In this document: positions 1-11,831 of the stretch, one piece after another
Layout of the letters: every line of letters starts with the position of its first letter
How positions within the stretch are numbered: position 1 is the first letter of the stretch
DNA from: Phoronis australis
Taxonomy: Eukaryota > Animalia > Phoronida
Assembly: GCA_002633005.1 (NCBI GenBank)
Contig: NMRA01000361.1
Coordinates: 186,001-250,000, forward strand
Length of the DNA stretch: 64,000 bases
Reading direction: 5' to 3'
Translations under genes and position numbers: made by a program
The notes under the pieces: model-generated
Told to the model about the DNA's origin: nothing
What the model saw: the letters and a program-made list of their open reading frames with translations, nothing else
Databases searched by the model: none

Positions 1-718
1 CTGCGTTCACATAACATTCCTAAACAATGAAAAATTCGTTTTGATTAACTGAAAGATTGTCCCTCAGCACATTCACAAGCAGCTGGCCACCACAACATGT
101 TGACTACCAGATGAACTTTTAAATCAAGCCCAATGTTGTATTAAGAGTCTAGAAGAATGTCCAAATTTGGCTAACTTCAAAGCACATATCTTAGAAATGA
201 CTGATTCATATCAAACTGTCAGATCTTTACTGCACTGTTCTCCAAAACGCATCAAAGCACTCCACTTTTGCAAAAAAGGCTATCAAAAATAGGACTTTTA
301 TGATTTTCATGAAAAAATGCATCAGATGAAATTAGAATTCAGAAAACTTTAACAGCATTTCTGAGAATCCCTTTTGCATAAAATTTTGTATTTATTTAGC
401 TAAATACATAACCTTAAACAAACATGATTAAAAATCAATGGAGACAGTTATTCATATTGGAAGTTTCAGACAAATGTTGCAAAATAGAATTCAGTATATT
501 ACACACTTGAAACTGGTAAAGGTCGACAGTTTTAATGGACCGCACTGGAAATATGGGTGTGTCTAATTTGTCACACTTAGTTTAGATTGTTCGTCTATCG
601 GCCTCTATCTCTGTGTTTTATTGTATTGTATTGTATTGATACCTATATTATCTTAAACCAATCAATCAATCAATGAAGACATCAGAAACAGTCTAGTCTT
701 GCATGAGTAAATAGATCA

Positions 719-1907
719 CAGTGGCGGATCTAGGATATCACAAGGGGGGGCCAACATTTTGTCCGGCTGTAAGCATTTGAGCAAACTGAACCACAATTGT
801 AGATACGCATAGCACCAAATGAGGGGAGATCGGGAGGGGGGTTTGCCCCCCTCCCGCCCAGGAAATTTTTCTGTTTTTACCTCTAAAAATCAAGCATTTT
901 CCTTGATTCCTGAAGTGTAATCCAACAAAAAAAGGAAAAAAAACACGGAGAACGTATCAAACAGGAAAAAACTGCGAGTACCAAAGACTAGAACTCACGA
1001 CCTGGAGGATAGAGCGCGCCTGCGTNGGAGATCGGGAGGGGGGTTTGCCAGGAAATTTTTCTGTTTTTACCTCTAAAAATCAAGCATTTTCCTTGATTCC
1101 TGAAGTGTAATCCAACAAAAAAAGGAAAAAAAACACGGAGAACGTATCAAACAGGAAAAAACTGCGAGTACCAAAGACTAGAACTCACGACCTGGAGGAT
1201 AGAGCGCGCCTGCGTTACCACTACACCACCACGATTTATTACTAATCTCATACTATAAGAGACCTACTTGTGTATGGTCCACAGCGTTTGCGCGCGAAAC
1301 CTACTTCTTTTTGTAATGCTTATTACACGTTTTATATTTTGTGCCATAAATTCTTAACAAATTTGTCGTATTTAAAATAGTCTTTAAATGCCCAAAAGAC
1401 CAAATCCGTTTTTCGTGTTGGCAATAATGACGGGATTGCTTTGGAAATCGTCTTAAGATAAGGTTTGACAAAGAGAGTATTGCGAGTTTCTGAGTGATTC
1501 ACTAAGGCTTCGATTGAAATTCACACCTTACCAGCAGCTTCTGTTTTTTCATCGTCACTCCGGTTCCATGAAGTAAATTTTCTTCATTGCACAGTGGAGC
1601 AGACGACGGAAACGGAGTCGTAGTGCGCAGCACCACTACCGGTCGCCTGGGATATCGCGGGAAAGCCTATACTTAGCCATAGTTCCGTTACGAATGCGCC
1701 GTGTTCCGAATTTGACACTTGAAATTGGATTTGAGCCTCCCCCCAACACTAAAACTGCACACATTTAAATCTTTTTTCATCAGTATAATTTTAATTACCG
1801 GGGTTAATTAATAAACTCAACATTTACCTACGCTCTTACTGTTTTATTTTTTGCGGCATCCAAGGGGGGGGGCTGGGCCCCCTGGGCCCCCCCTAAATCC
1901 GCCTATG
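719..1907. mobile_element. Non-autonomous hAT-like MITE in the RAD51D 3' flank/UTR
   Basis: Termini CAGTGGCGGATCTAGG (719) and CCTAAATCCGCCTATG (ends 1907) form imperfect TIRs with subterminal G/C-run palindromes. There is no transposase ORF and no clean TSD. Confidence 0.65.
1156..1230 (-). pseudogene. tRNA-derived Pol III module (SINE head / tRNA pseudogene) inside the MITE
   Basis: Minus strand: TGGTGTAGTGG (A box), GAGTTCTAGTC (B box), then T6. The D arm can pair, but the acceptor and anticodon stems are degenerate. Confidence 0.45.
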
Positions 1908-1938
1908 AGTCATCAAATTAATTGAAGAAGTTGGAATT

Positions 1939-4900
1939 CTAGGGATTCGTATCCTGAAGTTGCTTCAATGCTTTGATGGCAGTTTTTGTACACGTGAGAT
2001 TTGTTTCAGACAAATCAAACACAACTGACCTTCCTGTGGCCTACAAAAAGAGAATAAAGTGAAAGAAGCATGTTGAAGAACAGAGCACTTAAGGTATTGA
2101 TACTCACACAACAAAGCCAGGAGTCAAGGAAACTGCCTTATAAGACAACACAAATTCATGCAATAATGACATAATAGTAAAAGCAACTACAAACCTACGT
2201 TCCAACAAAAGAGTGAATTCTTGATTTACAACCGCTACCGTATTGCTGCGCCATTAGGCCAATGGGTGTGTGCCGAACTGTGTTTATATGTGAATATAGG
2301 CACACTGGCCTAAAGGCAGTGCAATAAGGTATAACATCGGTCTTGGATGTGAAGTGATTTTTGGGTTGGCTAATGAGAGTTTGTTTGTCCTTGAGACTAT
2401 GTGCTTCATTCATAAAATGGCATGCAGTGACAAACCAACTCATCTGCTTGTAGAGCCTGGTTCCAAGTACTAATGAACTGTCAGTTCATTTGAGACCCTG
2501 CCACCACCTCCAAATTGACTTAGCAACAACACGAGACCAATTTCATAACAGTATGTGGTCTAAATCAAAAGCTGGCTCTTATGATGGAACGCAGGTTTAT
2601 AGCCGTCTTTAAGGTATTGACCAAACATGAGTTTACTTTGTATAAATGTGTGAAATAATACCAATGTAATGCATAGATATGTGACCACTTGGTACATCAC
2701 AAACAGAGGAGCAACAAGAAATGCTCAATATTTCAAGTATTCCCACTAGATGGAGCAACATGTGGTACAAGAGCAAATTAGAGCAATGGTATGCTTAGAA
2801 GCCTAGAACTAGATGTGTTAAATAGTATAATAAAAATGGAAACTAGTGGGTAGAGAATACGTTGAAACTATCCAAAAATGGTGAAGTGTCGTCGCCTCCA
2901 TAACAGAAAACTATTAGTCAAATGTCATGCAAAGGGTTAAGGAAATACAGCTACCGACGCTAAAAAACAAAATTGCCACAACTGGGGCGTGTCTCTATGA
3001 CATTTGGCAGATGTGTTTCCATGAAGCTGACAACAGATGGTAAGTTTTATACCAACCCAGTTATTGCTGTGCCTCCTAGTGGCATCATCTTTGCCTCTGC
3101 ATCTTTCTTAAAAGTTTGGCAAAAAATTTCTATTAAAGAGGCAACAATTCCTTTACACTATCGTACAGGTTTGGCATATACTGCACTATGTAGTACCAAA
3201 CCACTCAAATGATCAGTATGAAACTTTGCAGATGTGTTCCTGACCATAAATGACGTTGATTTTCAGACAGACTGACAGTTGTGGTGCCCCTGGTGGTGAT
3301 TTTGTCCTTTTTGTTTTCATAGCTATGTCTCTCAAACACCTTTCAAGATCTTTTAGAAATTTGTCATCTAAACAACAGATGGATGTATCTAACTACTGCC
3401 ATGTCTCATCAAAATAATTTGCTTTAATTGTTCATGATTTCCTGTCAGTTCCTTTACCAAGACAGAGACGACGGTAATATTCACCCACAAATGTTTATAT
3501 GAGCGTATAAAAATTGAAACTGCCAAGTCAGTGTTGTATCTGCACGAGAACTGACACAAGCTTTCCTCTCATTAATGAAAGTGTAGCTGTGAAATGTCAA
3601 TAACATCATTCAAGAGGCTTCAATTGGCAGTTAAAATGATAAATGCTTTTAAGAAATTATACTGCCACTGGGGTGCACAGTCTTAATAGAATTAGTCCAA
3701 AAATCAACTGGCTCGAGAAAGAACATAATTGTGCTAAATTTCAGGTTGACAAATCAAGAATTTTGGCCGAAAAAGAAGTGGACGCCAAACAATAAAATCA
3801 TGTAAACACAGATAATAATAATGATGATGATGATAATGATGATAATAATAACAAAGATAATAACAATAACATGAACAAGCAGTCTTTGGGGGTTTCACAT
3901 GAACAAAAATAAGAAGCCTGCAGTAAGAACTAACCAGTCTGCAGCTTTTGACAAGAGTTGCTTTTCTCTGGCCGGACTGTGTGTGTTGTATTAGGACACG
4001 AGTGTTAGGGACATTCAGCCAGGACTTTCCTAACGCTGGCTTTATCTCCCCTGATTCCCCACTCACTGTCTGGTTAACAACCTGAAGGAGTAACAAATTG
4101 TAGCTGTAGATCTGTTCAGGAAAGTTTATTGTAAATCAAATTGAATCTGGCATGCCAGACAACAAATTAAAATTTTGTGAGTATTACCACGGACGCATCA
4201 CGCTTCCGTAAAAGATACGACAGTTCCTGCTAAAGGAAGCGTGATGCCCGGGTCCTAGGTTCTAAGAGTTCAATTTTGTGAGTAATGTCCAACAGACCAG
4301 ATTAAATTCATTTTACAACCTACAGGAAATATGATCTAAAGGTTTTGTTAATATCCCAGACATCTTTTATCACAGCAAAAACAATCACATTTTGCTAAAA
4401 GGCAAACTGTAAAAAGATGGATTAGGGCTCTAAAATAATTTTTAATATTACCCGTGAATAGACAATTCAGCATGCTGGCTCCGAACAATTATCATTATCT
4501 TCAGTCTTTGTAGAATTTGTCTAGAGAAAGCAGAGTAGTGACTTACAAGGACAGCCAGGGAATGATTCATAATAAGAGCCTTCAGTTGAGACACTATGTG
4601 CTTCATGTACGTATAACCTGAAAGACACGCAAAGAGGAGATAAGCGACAACACGAAAATTATCAGACCCCAAAAATGTTATCTTGACGGATAGTTACGCC
4701 ACCTGAATTCGTCGCAAGGGGAACAATAGCCAACAAAGACACATACATTGTTTTCTTCACATTTTCCGATGATACGCAAGAAAGGGGCATGGTAAAGTAG
4801 AGATACACTGACAAAGGCAAGAGTCGTTAAAATGACTGAAATCTTTAATCAAAGGGAAGAGACATGGACACATAATACAAAAAATGAAAAATTTTGAGTT

Positions 4901-7900
4901 TGTGCATCCATTCACCATATCAAAGGTCTTGTAATTGGGGTTGAAAGGAGAGCTCCCTTCCTGCCAACGATACTTCCAAAGTCCACTCACCATCACTCTG
5001 TTGAACTCCTATAATTGGTGCCAATACAGCAGTTATAGTGTCTATAACCAGCAGTTTCAAGTCAGAGAAGAAACTATCAGTTTGCTGAAAGAAATGTAAA
5101 AAATACATTTCAACCTGACCAAAGATATGAATGTTACATAAACACAATTTAACTATTTCAGAATGAGTTTAAACAAAATTATCAACAAAAGAGGTCACAA
5201 ACTAGTTGTGACTTCAGACATGAACATGAAGACTGCTCGCTTATTTCAGAATGTCTTTGAACTGCATAGTCAACAGAACAAGTCAATTTGATGAGGAGCA
5301 CTATTATTTAAATCAGTTCTGTAATTACAAAAATCAGTGTTAAATCAGAATTTTTTTAAATTAAGTACTCTCAGTGTTATTTGAAAACAAAAATAGCGTT
5401 CAAATGTTTTGCAAATTTGTCGCAAAGCAACAACTGCTTTGCATCTTTTTAGCAAACTCTGCTGTGCCCCTTAAATGTATATGCTTCAAGAATACCAAAT
5501 TGATGTTATTTGAAACAAACAAACTTAATAAAAAGGTTCTGAAAAGTTTACATTTCATAAAAAAATCTAATATTATTTAATGCTTATATCAATCTGGAAC
5601 GAAGAATTTGTTGATTCATTAAAAAACATCTTCGTGAAAGATGAGTTTCATTTTTAAGTCCTACTTGGTGTTTGTTGTATGACAATCTTAGGGAAATGTT
5701 TATCTCACAACTGAAAAATTGTACTCGTTACAATGGCTATAAACCTGTATTTCATCGCAAAAACACAAATTTTGGGTTAAACCACTTACTGCTGTAAAAT
5801 TGTTGTCAACTTGCTCCTTTCCCTGATAAGGACTGATTTTTGGTCTTCCAAAGAACCGACAGTTTATAATTGTTCGAGACTCGGTGAATTCATGACACAC
5901 CTCGACAAGTCAACTTGCAAAGACTGGTCTCAAGCAATAATGGGAATTGTCAGTTTTTTCCAAGCAAAAGAATAAATTGAGACCTATATCATAATTATAC
6001 CACGTCTAAATTTCAAAAGTTGTTTTTTGCAATGAAAAGTGGGTTTATCACTACTTTAAGTTTCGTGAGGTTCACAAAGAGTTTGTATGAGCCTTTCCTT
6101 GTATATTTAAGCATCACGCTTGTTTATTCCAGTTTTACAAATATACTACTCCAGAATCAAACGAACATGACAAAGGATAAACAATTTTGCTGTTTTCTGT
6201 TTGCACCAAAACATTTCCAAACATCGAGCCATAAACACGGTATAGAGAGGATCACCTTCTTCAAATTAGCACCAAGATCATGCAGGAAGTCCAACAGTTC
6301 AGAGACATCAAAAACTGATGAATACCGTAGTCTTGAACAACACTGCTCTATAGTCTGCAAAACGAGGCAAGAAATGAGCCCAATTCAGGTGGGATGTCAC
6401 AGCAAAGTGCAAAAACAAAATTATGTAATTCTTCAGGTTTCTGTCCACTCCGATTATTCTAGGAATGATTAAATTTTGTAATTACTCTATTTCCTATTAT
6501 TGTCAAGTCTCTGATACTTCAACTTCACTTTTCATATTGTCATCTTATCGCACAGTGGCAATTTTCATGTGACCATTTATGGTAGGCTTTAAAGATGGTA
6601 TGAACGTATCTTGCTTAGGTCATTAACTGATCAAACTGATTAGAAAGGACTTCTAAGCTTAGGTCTATCTGACTGATCACCACAGGTACATTTAAAACAC
6701 GATCCAAAATAACGATGATTGATGGTGCCACATAAGACTTTAAGAAATTCTCATTTCATTACATAGTTGTTGATTGTACCTGCTGAGGTAGATTTATACT
6801 TTGTAGTTTGTTCTGTAATATGTCAGGAGTCAGGGATCCAGAGGAGTCAATGTACAGCACATTCTGAGCAGTAGTGAAGACCGCATTCAGCGCTGTCCCA
6901 ATACAGACCTGTAAGTACATGACTAGTAAATAAAACAACAACAGGGTAATGTCTTTGTCAGTACAAATTTTGTGCCAACTTTTAAATTAATTTTGTACTG
7001 ACATTAAACTGTTTTGAGCTAAATAGCGGTTCTTCAATAAACATATACAGGAGATTGAAGAAGGGAAATATGTCAAACTTCAGAACATCATATCTCAGAA
7101 ATGGCTGATCAGATTCATACGAAACTTTCAGATACTATGCTTTATGCATGTTTCTCCATTTCTCCGAAATGCTGTTAGAAATTCTTTTAAACATGTTCCA
7201 CTTTTGCACAAGAGGCTATTAAAAATAGGACTTCTACGATTTTTATGAAAAAACTCTAAAGATAGATAATTAAAAATGAAAATGAAACATTTTAGAAAAC
7301 AGTAGCAGCGTTTTTGTGAGCTCTTCTTGAACAACAAAGTTTGATCGTGTTCTTGATACTATTGTTTTACTATCCATGTACCTTTCTGTCTTGTCAAAAT
7401 TTTCTTGAATACATGGTAACGTGACCCAATTAACAGCTGATTCAGGTAAGAAGTCAGAAATTAAATTTTGCATTTTTTTCCACTTTCAGAAAATCTATAC
7501 TGTCATTGAGATAAAATCTATAGATTAGGCTAAATACATAAACTTGTCAATAAGGTCCAACATACTGTAGGTTTTCCACACTAGAACACCTAACGCCAGT
7601 GATAATTTGCAGGAAAATTAGTCAAGAAGATCTACACGTTCACACAAATAGAATTTGCAGACTAGACTGTTTTGAACTAGGAATTGTTAAAAACAAAGGA
7701 GTCAGGCTCATAATGATAAAGAATTTACACTTTACCAACCTGTGATTTGCCTGAAGCTGACTGGCCAATAAGTTCCGTTATCTCCCCTGTGTACAGGCCT
7801 CCATCCAGAAGTGAGTCTAGTCTACAAAATCAAAGTAGTGTTGATCAATCATGTTGTCAAATTTTGGGTAAAACCTTCTAAATTTAGCTACACAACATCT

Positions 7901-10237
7901 TGAAAAATCTTGGTATCAGGACGAATGACAAAACTTATGAACCTGAATGAAGAGAGAAGCATGTTGATGGAATTTGGAATAGGTCACCCACAATGCCCTT
8001 GATCTTATGTCCACTGATGTATAGTCCAGAGTGCACTAGATTTGGGAGACGGGGGCAGTAGGAAAATTAGGATGCCCACCCACTTAGAGCGTGGACACAT
8101 TCACAGGCAGCTACCATGAAAAAGTTCCCTTTTCAAAGGGTCTCAGGGTTTTTGAACTAGAATGCCATCCTATTGTATGGGATTTGCTTGCTTCTTGAAC
8201 AGCTGAGTTTTTAACACAATGAGCTTGGAATAATACAAGAAAAGATGTGCTTGCCAAACAAAATACATGACTTGTGCAATTGAACACACAAAATTAAAAA
8301 CTAAAAATTTTCTGCACTTACATATGACAGCCAGTTGAGAAAACCACTGTGCTAGATGCAACGTCATCATATAATGTGACAGCGCTTATGGGGAAAGATG
8401 AATATTTGGCTAGAATAACTTTCCTCACAGCTGACAAGTCCTGGAATAGAAAAAAGTTCCAATGAATATTGTACATGAAGTATTTTACAACAATTTCGTA
8501 AAAACAAACAAGTTTTAACAATTTCATAAGAAGAGCACAAAGCATTGAAATGTACTCACGACAGCACCGGAAATAGTAAGCTTCTAAGGGTATGAAGTAG
8601 TATAATGAAAATGCCTACTATGGTATTAAGTAGTATAATGACTGTGGTGAAGAAAACATCTCATGAAAATCTATCAAGGAACTCGAAAGAAACAGACGAA
8701 AATGTAAAGTCACATTCAACTGGAAGGTTATGAACACAAAAAACAAAATCATAACTAGGAGACGACACAGTAGTTGGACCCATCCAGCCGTGGTTTTCTC
8801 AACAGGAACACAAATTCCAAACTTTCATAATGATGCTTTTAGCAGTTTAGTGAATAGAGAGGCAGATGTTAGAAAATGAACTAAAAAGTAACAAAAATGG
8901 CGCCAAGGCCCAAGGAGGCATAAAATATGTTGAATCTATCCAAAAATGGAGTGGTGTAGTTGTCTCCTTGATAGAAACCTATTTTCCAAATCTCATGAAA
9001 ACCCATCTAGGAACTCCAAAACACAGAAGGAAACGTAAAAAAATAAAATTGCCACTAGGGGATACAGCGATAGTCGATTCGGTCCGAAACTTGTCATCAT
9101 CTGTTGTAAATTTCATCTGCAAATTTCACTGAAATCCTTCTAGGAAGCTGTTGGAGTCTTTAATTCTCCCGAGATCGAACGAATACTCATGCATTCAAAC
9201 TTTTATTCCAGCAGTTCTTAGTTCAGTAGCCCAAAATCAGCAACTGGTCATTTTTACATTGCTTGTGCCATGGTCCGGTATATAACGTCATATGGAGGGC
9301 CTATGTGATTGCCACCCTCTTTGCTGTGGCAAGTCAACGGGGTGGCACTGTCTGTGGGGAGGGGGGGTTACTTGGAGATTCAGGGAGGCCATAGGTTATA
9401 GAGCCTACGGAACTCACGCATCGGTACATGATGGCGTTTTCCCGAGACATACAGGGCTGTGAGCGGGTGACAACATCTAGCTTCTTTGTTAACTACGAAG
9501 AACAGTCTTTTGTCTGGTATTACAATAGCCAGGCCAATTATCTACCAGGCTTATTACAGACCACGTGAGGACACAGTCAAACCCAAAGCGAATTGGTACG
9601 TTTGGAAAGGATAGATTGTCGTAAATTCGGTTGTAGTTAGGTGATTTTGACGATTCAAAAACTAAACATGATCACCATTTGACGAGGATTTCAGAAATGC
9701 TGTTGGTTTATATTCAAATATGTTATACCTTAACTTATATTTTTAACAGCACAGCCCAGTCAGGCTATTGGAGATTAAAGCAATTATCAAAAAAAGGGAA
9801 CTGGCCTTCCAACCAAAATGCCATAATGGAGTTAATCAGTCATGTAAGACATTGGCTACAGGGGTCATCTTCCCAACTTGTTGTTGGGCTATAGAATCGA
9901 ACAAGTTGGGAGCAACGGGAAAACGCCGCAATGAATTGTGGCAAGACTTCGGAAGGAACTGGTGCAATACGAGTTTTTAACTTTACATTTTATTTTGGAC
10001 ACTTTTCACCAAAATTTCTCCAAAGCTGTACATCTATACAGTAACGAGGCAGATATCTTTGCTATAAACTATACAGGGAAATCCATAACTCACCGTGAAT
10101 GATAGAGAACAACGGCGAGTCAGTAGTTCCAAACTGCTTTCAAGAAAATCAACAACAGTGCGAACGCTCTGCTGCTCCAACTCTTTAATTACCGCTTCAG
10201 TTAAAAGGGGACACACATTTTTCGACAATCTTGACAT
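1939..10237 (-). CDS. RAD51D: DNA repair protein RAD51 homolog 4 (RAD51D), 9 coding exons, 328 aa
   Basis: Exons: 10094-10237, 8322-8440, 7740-7821, 6780-6908, 6256-6354, 4991-5084, 4547-4617, 3935-4081, 1939-2040. All are GT-AG with consistent phases (987 nt). The protein starts MSRLSKNVCPLLTE and contains LDSLLDGGLYTGEITELIGQSASGKSQ (Walker A), NVLYIDS, LLVIDTITAVLAPIIG (Walker B) and KPALGKSWLNVPNTRVLI, matching RAD51D. Confidence 0.93.
4128..4320. mobile_element. Palindromic MITE-like element in RAD51D intron 7
   Basis: Outer IR TTGTAAATCAAATTGAATCTGG / CCAGATTAAATTCATTTTACAA and inner perfect IR GCATCACGCTTCC / GGAAGCGTGATGC. Confidence 0.5.
7040..7620. repeat. Interspersed repeat family A (related copies at ~160-520 and ~11940-12420)
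   Basis: Shared blocks such as TCCACTTTTGCA..GGCTAT..AAAATAGGACTT, TTCATA(C/T)GAAACTTTCAGAT and TTTC(C/T)ACTTTC(A/T)GAAAAT. The copies are diverged and non-coding. Confidence 0.6.
9721..9929 (+). repeat. Interspersed repeat family C, copy 1 (copy 2 at 38243-38465)
   Basis: Near-identical cores AATGGAGTTAATCAGTC and CTTCCCAACTTGTTGTTGGGC.ATAGAATCGAACAA.TTGGGAGCAACGGGA in both copies. Confidence 0.8.
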
Positions 10238-10239
10238 GT

Positions 10240-10521
10240 TACGCTGAGAGAAAATACGAAATAAAACGAAAATAACAAAAACTAGGCATAATTCTGGAAA
10301 ACAAGGAAATGGAATTTCCCACGTTGACAATGTTTTGTATCTCTTGAAGTAAAGAGCTCTGATGCGGAAGTCAACTTCCTGCGCAGAAAACTTGAAATCA
10401 TAACCGCATTTGATCACTTCCTCAGATAAGCAGACAGTCAGGGTTTGACAGTTTGAGTCATTGTGTTCAAAGATAACGGTCTACAGTGTCGTCTGTCATT
10501 TTGTGATCTTGTAGTTGAACG
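10240..10521. promoter_or_regulatory. Putative bidirectional promoter RAD51D / cytospin with non-coding cytospin exon 1
   Basis: Inverted ETS-like cores CGGAAGT (10365) and ACTTCCT (10374, 10416) lie just upstream of the RAD51D ATG. A plus-strand donor CG|GTGAGT is at 10521/10522, and the acceptor at 23130 precedes the cytospin ATG. Confidence 0.5.
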
Positions 10522-11768
10522 GTGAGTTGATTGAAATGCTGTAATAAATTGATATTTTGCCTTACGTTCCCCCTGACAAGTGTGTGGACTGGCGTTACTT
10601 GGTTGACTGGTTTTGCCCTGGCCAACGGCAACGGCCATTTGATTTGGGCATGGTTCGGTGAACCTGGGCCACAGGACCACTGGACGGGAGATTGCCTCGT
10701 CCCCTTCAGAACAAACCTATCATATGCTGTAATAAGAAAGTATGATATTCTAACAAGATGGAGATAAGTTCCCGTAGCTGGCTATGGCACGAGCTCAACC
10801 TGCTGTGACACAGCAGTGCTGTGCCATGCCATCCATGATCTTTCAGATTGGCATTGGTCTCCATCTGGGATCCCCTGGTGGCTTGGTGTACACAAGTCCC
10901 TCTTCAAAATGGCTGCTGGTAAGTTGTTTGAATGAATAACAGCAATGGCCATTATTCAGTAAAAACTGGTTCCCGGCAACCATTTTGAAGAGAAACTCGT
11001 CTATTTGATTTTTACCTATCCCAAGCATGACCAGAGTAAAAGATAAACACAACTCACAAGTGCTCGAGTGGTGGATGGAGATAAACTGCTGAGGTTTTGA
11101 CTGGCACCTGCCTAAATAGACTGGGCTACGGTCTCGACTAGACATCACACCATGTGAACTAGTCCAGTGAAGCTGGCTGAGACGGTGGTCACCCCATATG
11201 GTCGGGTTATGCTGGAAGTTTTTTTTCAGTTAAAACATTTTATACCAGCAGGAGAGGATGAAAAACATGTTTTATCTTGTCTTATGTCCTAAACTCAAAC
11301 ATCTGCTGTGAAATCAATAACAGTTCAGCGCGTTATGAACACTCGCCACTGCGTCAGCATTTGAGTGGAAAGCGAATGACATTTCCCAACCACATCACTT
11401 GTACTGTAAAGTGTGTCTGCATATACACCATGCACACCATATGCCACATATGGATCCGGAAACCTCAAAGGGTCATGATCGATGTATCATCTGCATTGTA
11501 GGGAATATGTTGGAGTGCGAAAAAAAACGTTTTCTTGGTAGGACACGGATTCTCAAATTCCTAATGCTACCTGGAGTGAAGAGCTTAGTGAATAAACAAT
11601 TTTTACCAAATTTGACAGCACATTTGTCGACTGTGCTAATGTGAAATGGTGCTTTTCAGTATTGAAAAACATGCTATTTCTCACTGTTTGAAAAAAAATC
11701 TTGATGACCTAACTTTGGCTGGTTCTATTGATTTTCCTTCTCAGTTGCCCAGCTGGCCACGTGGCTGT

Positions 11769-11831
11769 TTGAGGACCCGGTATATGAGGACCCGGTATAT
11801 GAGGACCCGGTATATGAGGACCCGGTATATG
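11769..11831. repeat. 15-bp tandem repeat (TGAGGACCCGGTATA)x4
   Basis: Four perfect copies, read directly from the sequence. Confidence 0.9.

Noticed and set aside
825-1215. ~190-bp direct duplication inside the MITE
   Set aside because: Near-identical copies joined by a single n at 1026, typical of a contig-overlap artefact.
3734-3934. His/Tyr/Cys-rich tail of ORF 3734-4096
   Set aside because: It is read-through of RAD51D exon 8 into an intronic (ATA/TGA)n microsatellite past the donor at 3934.
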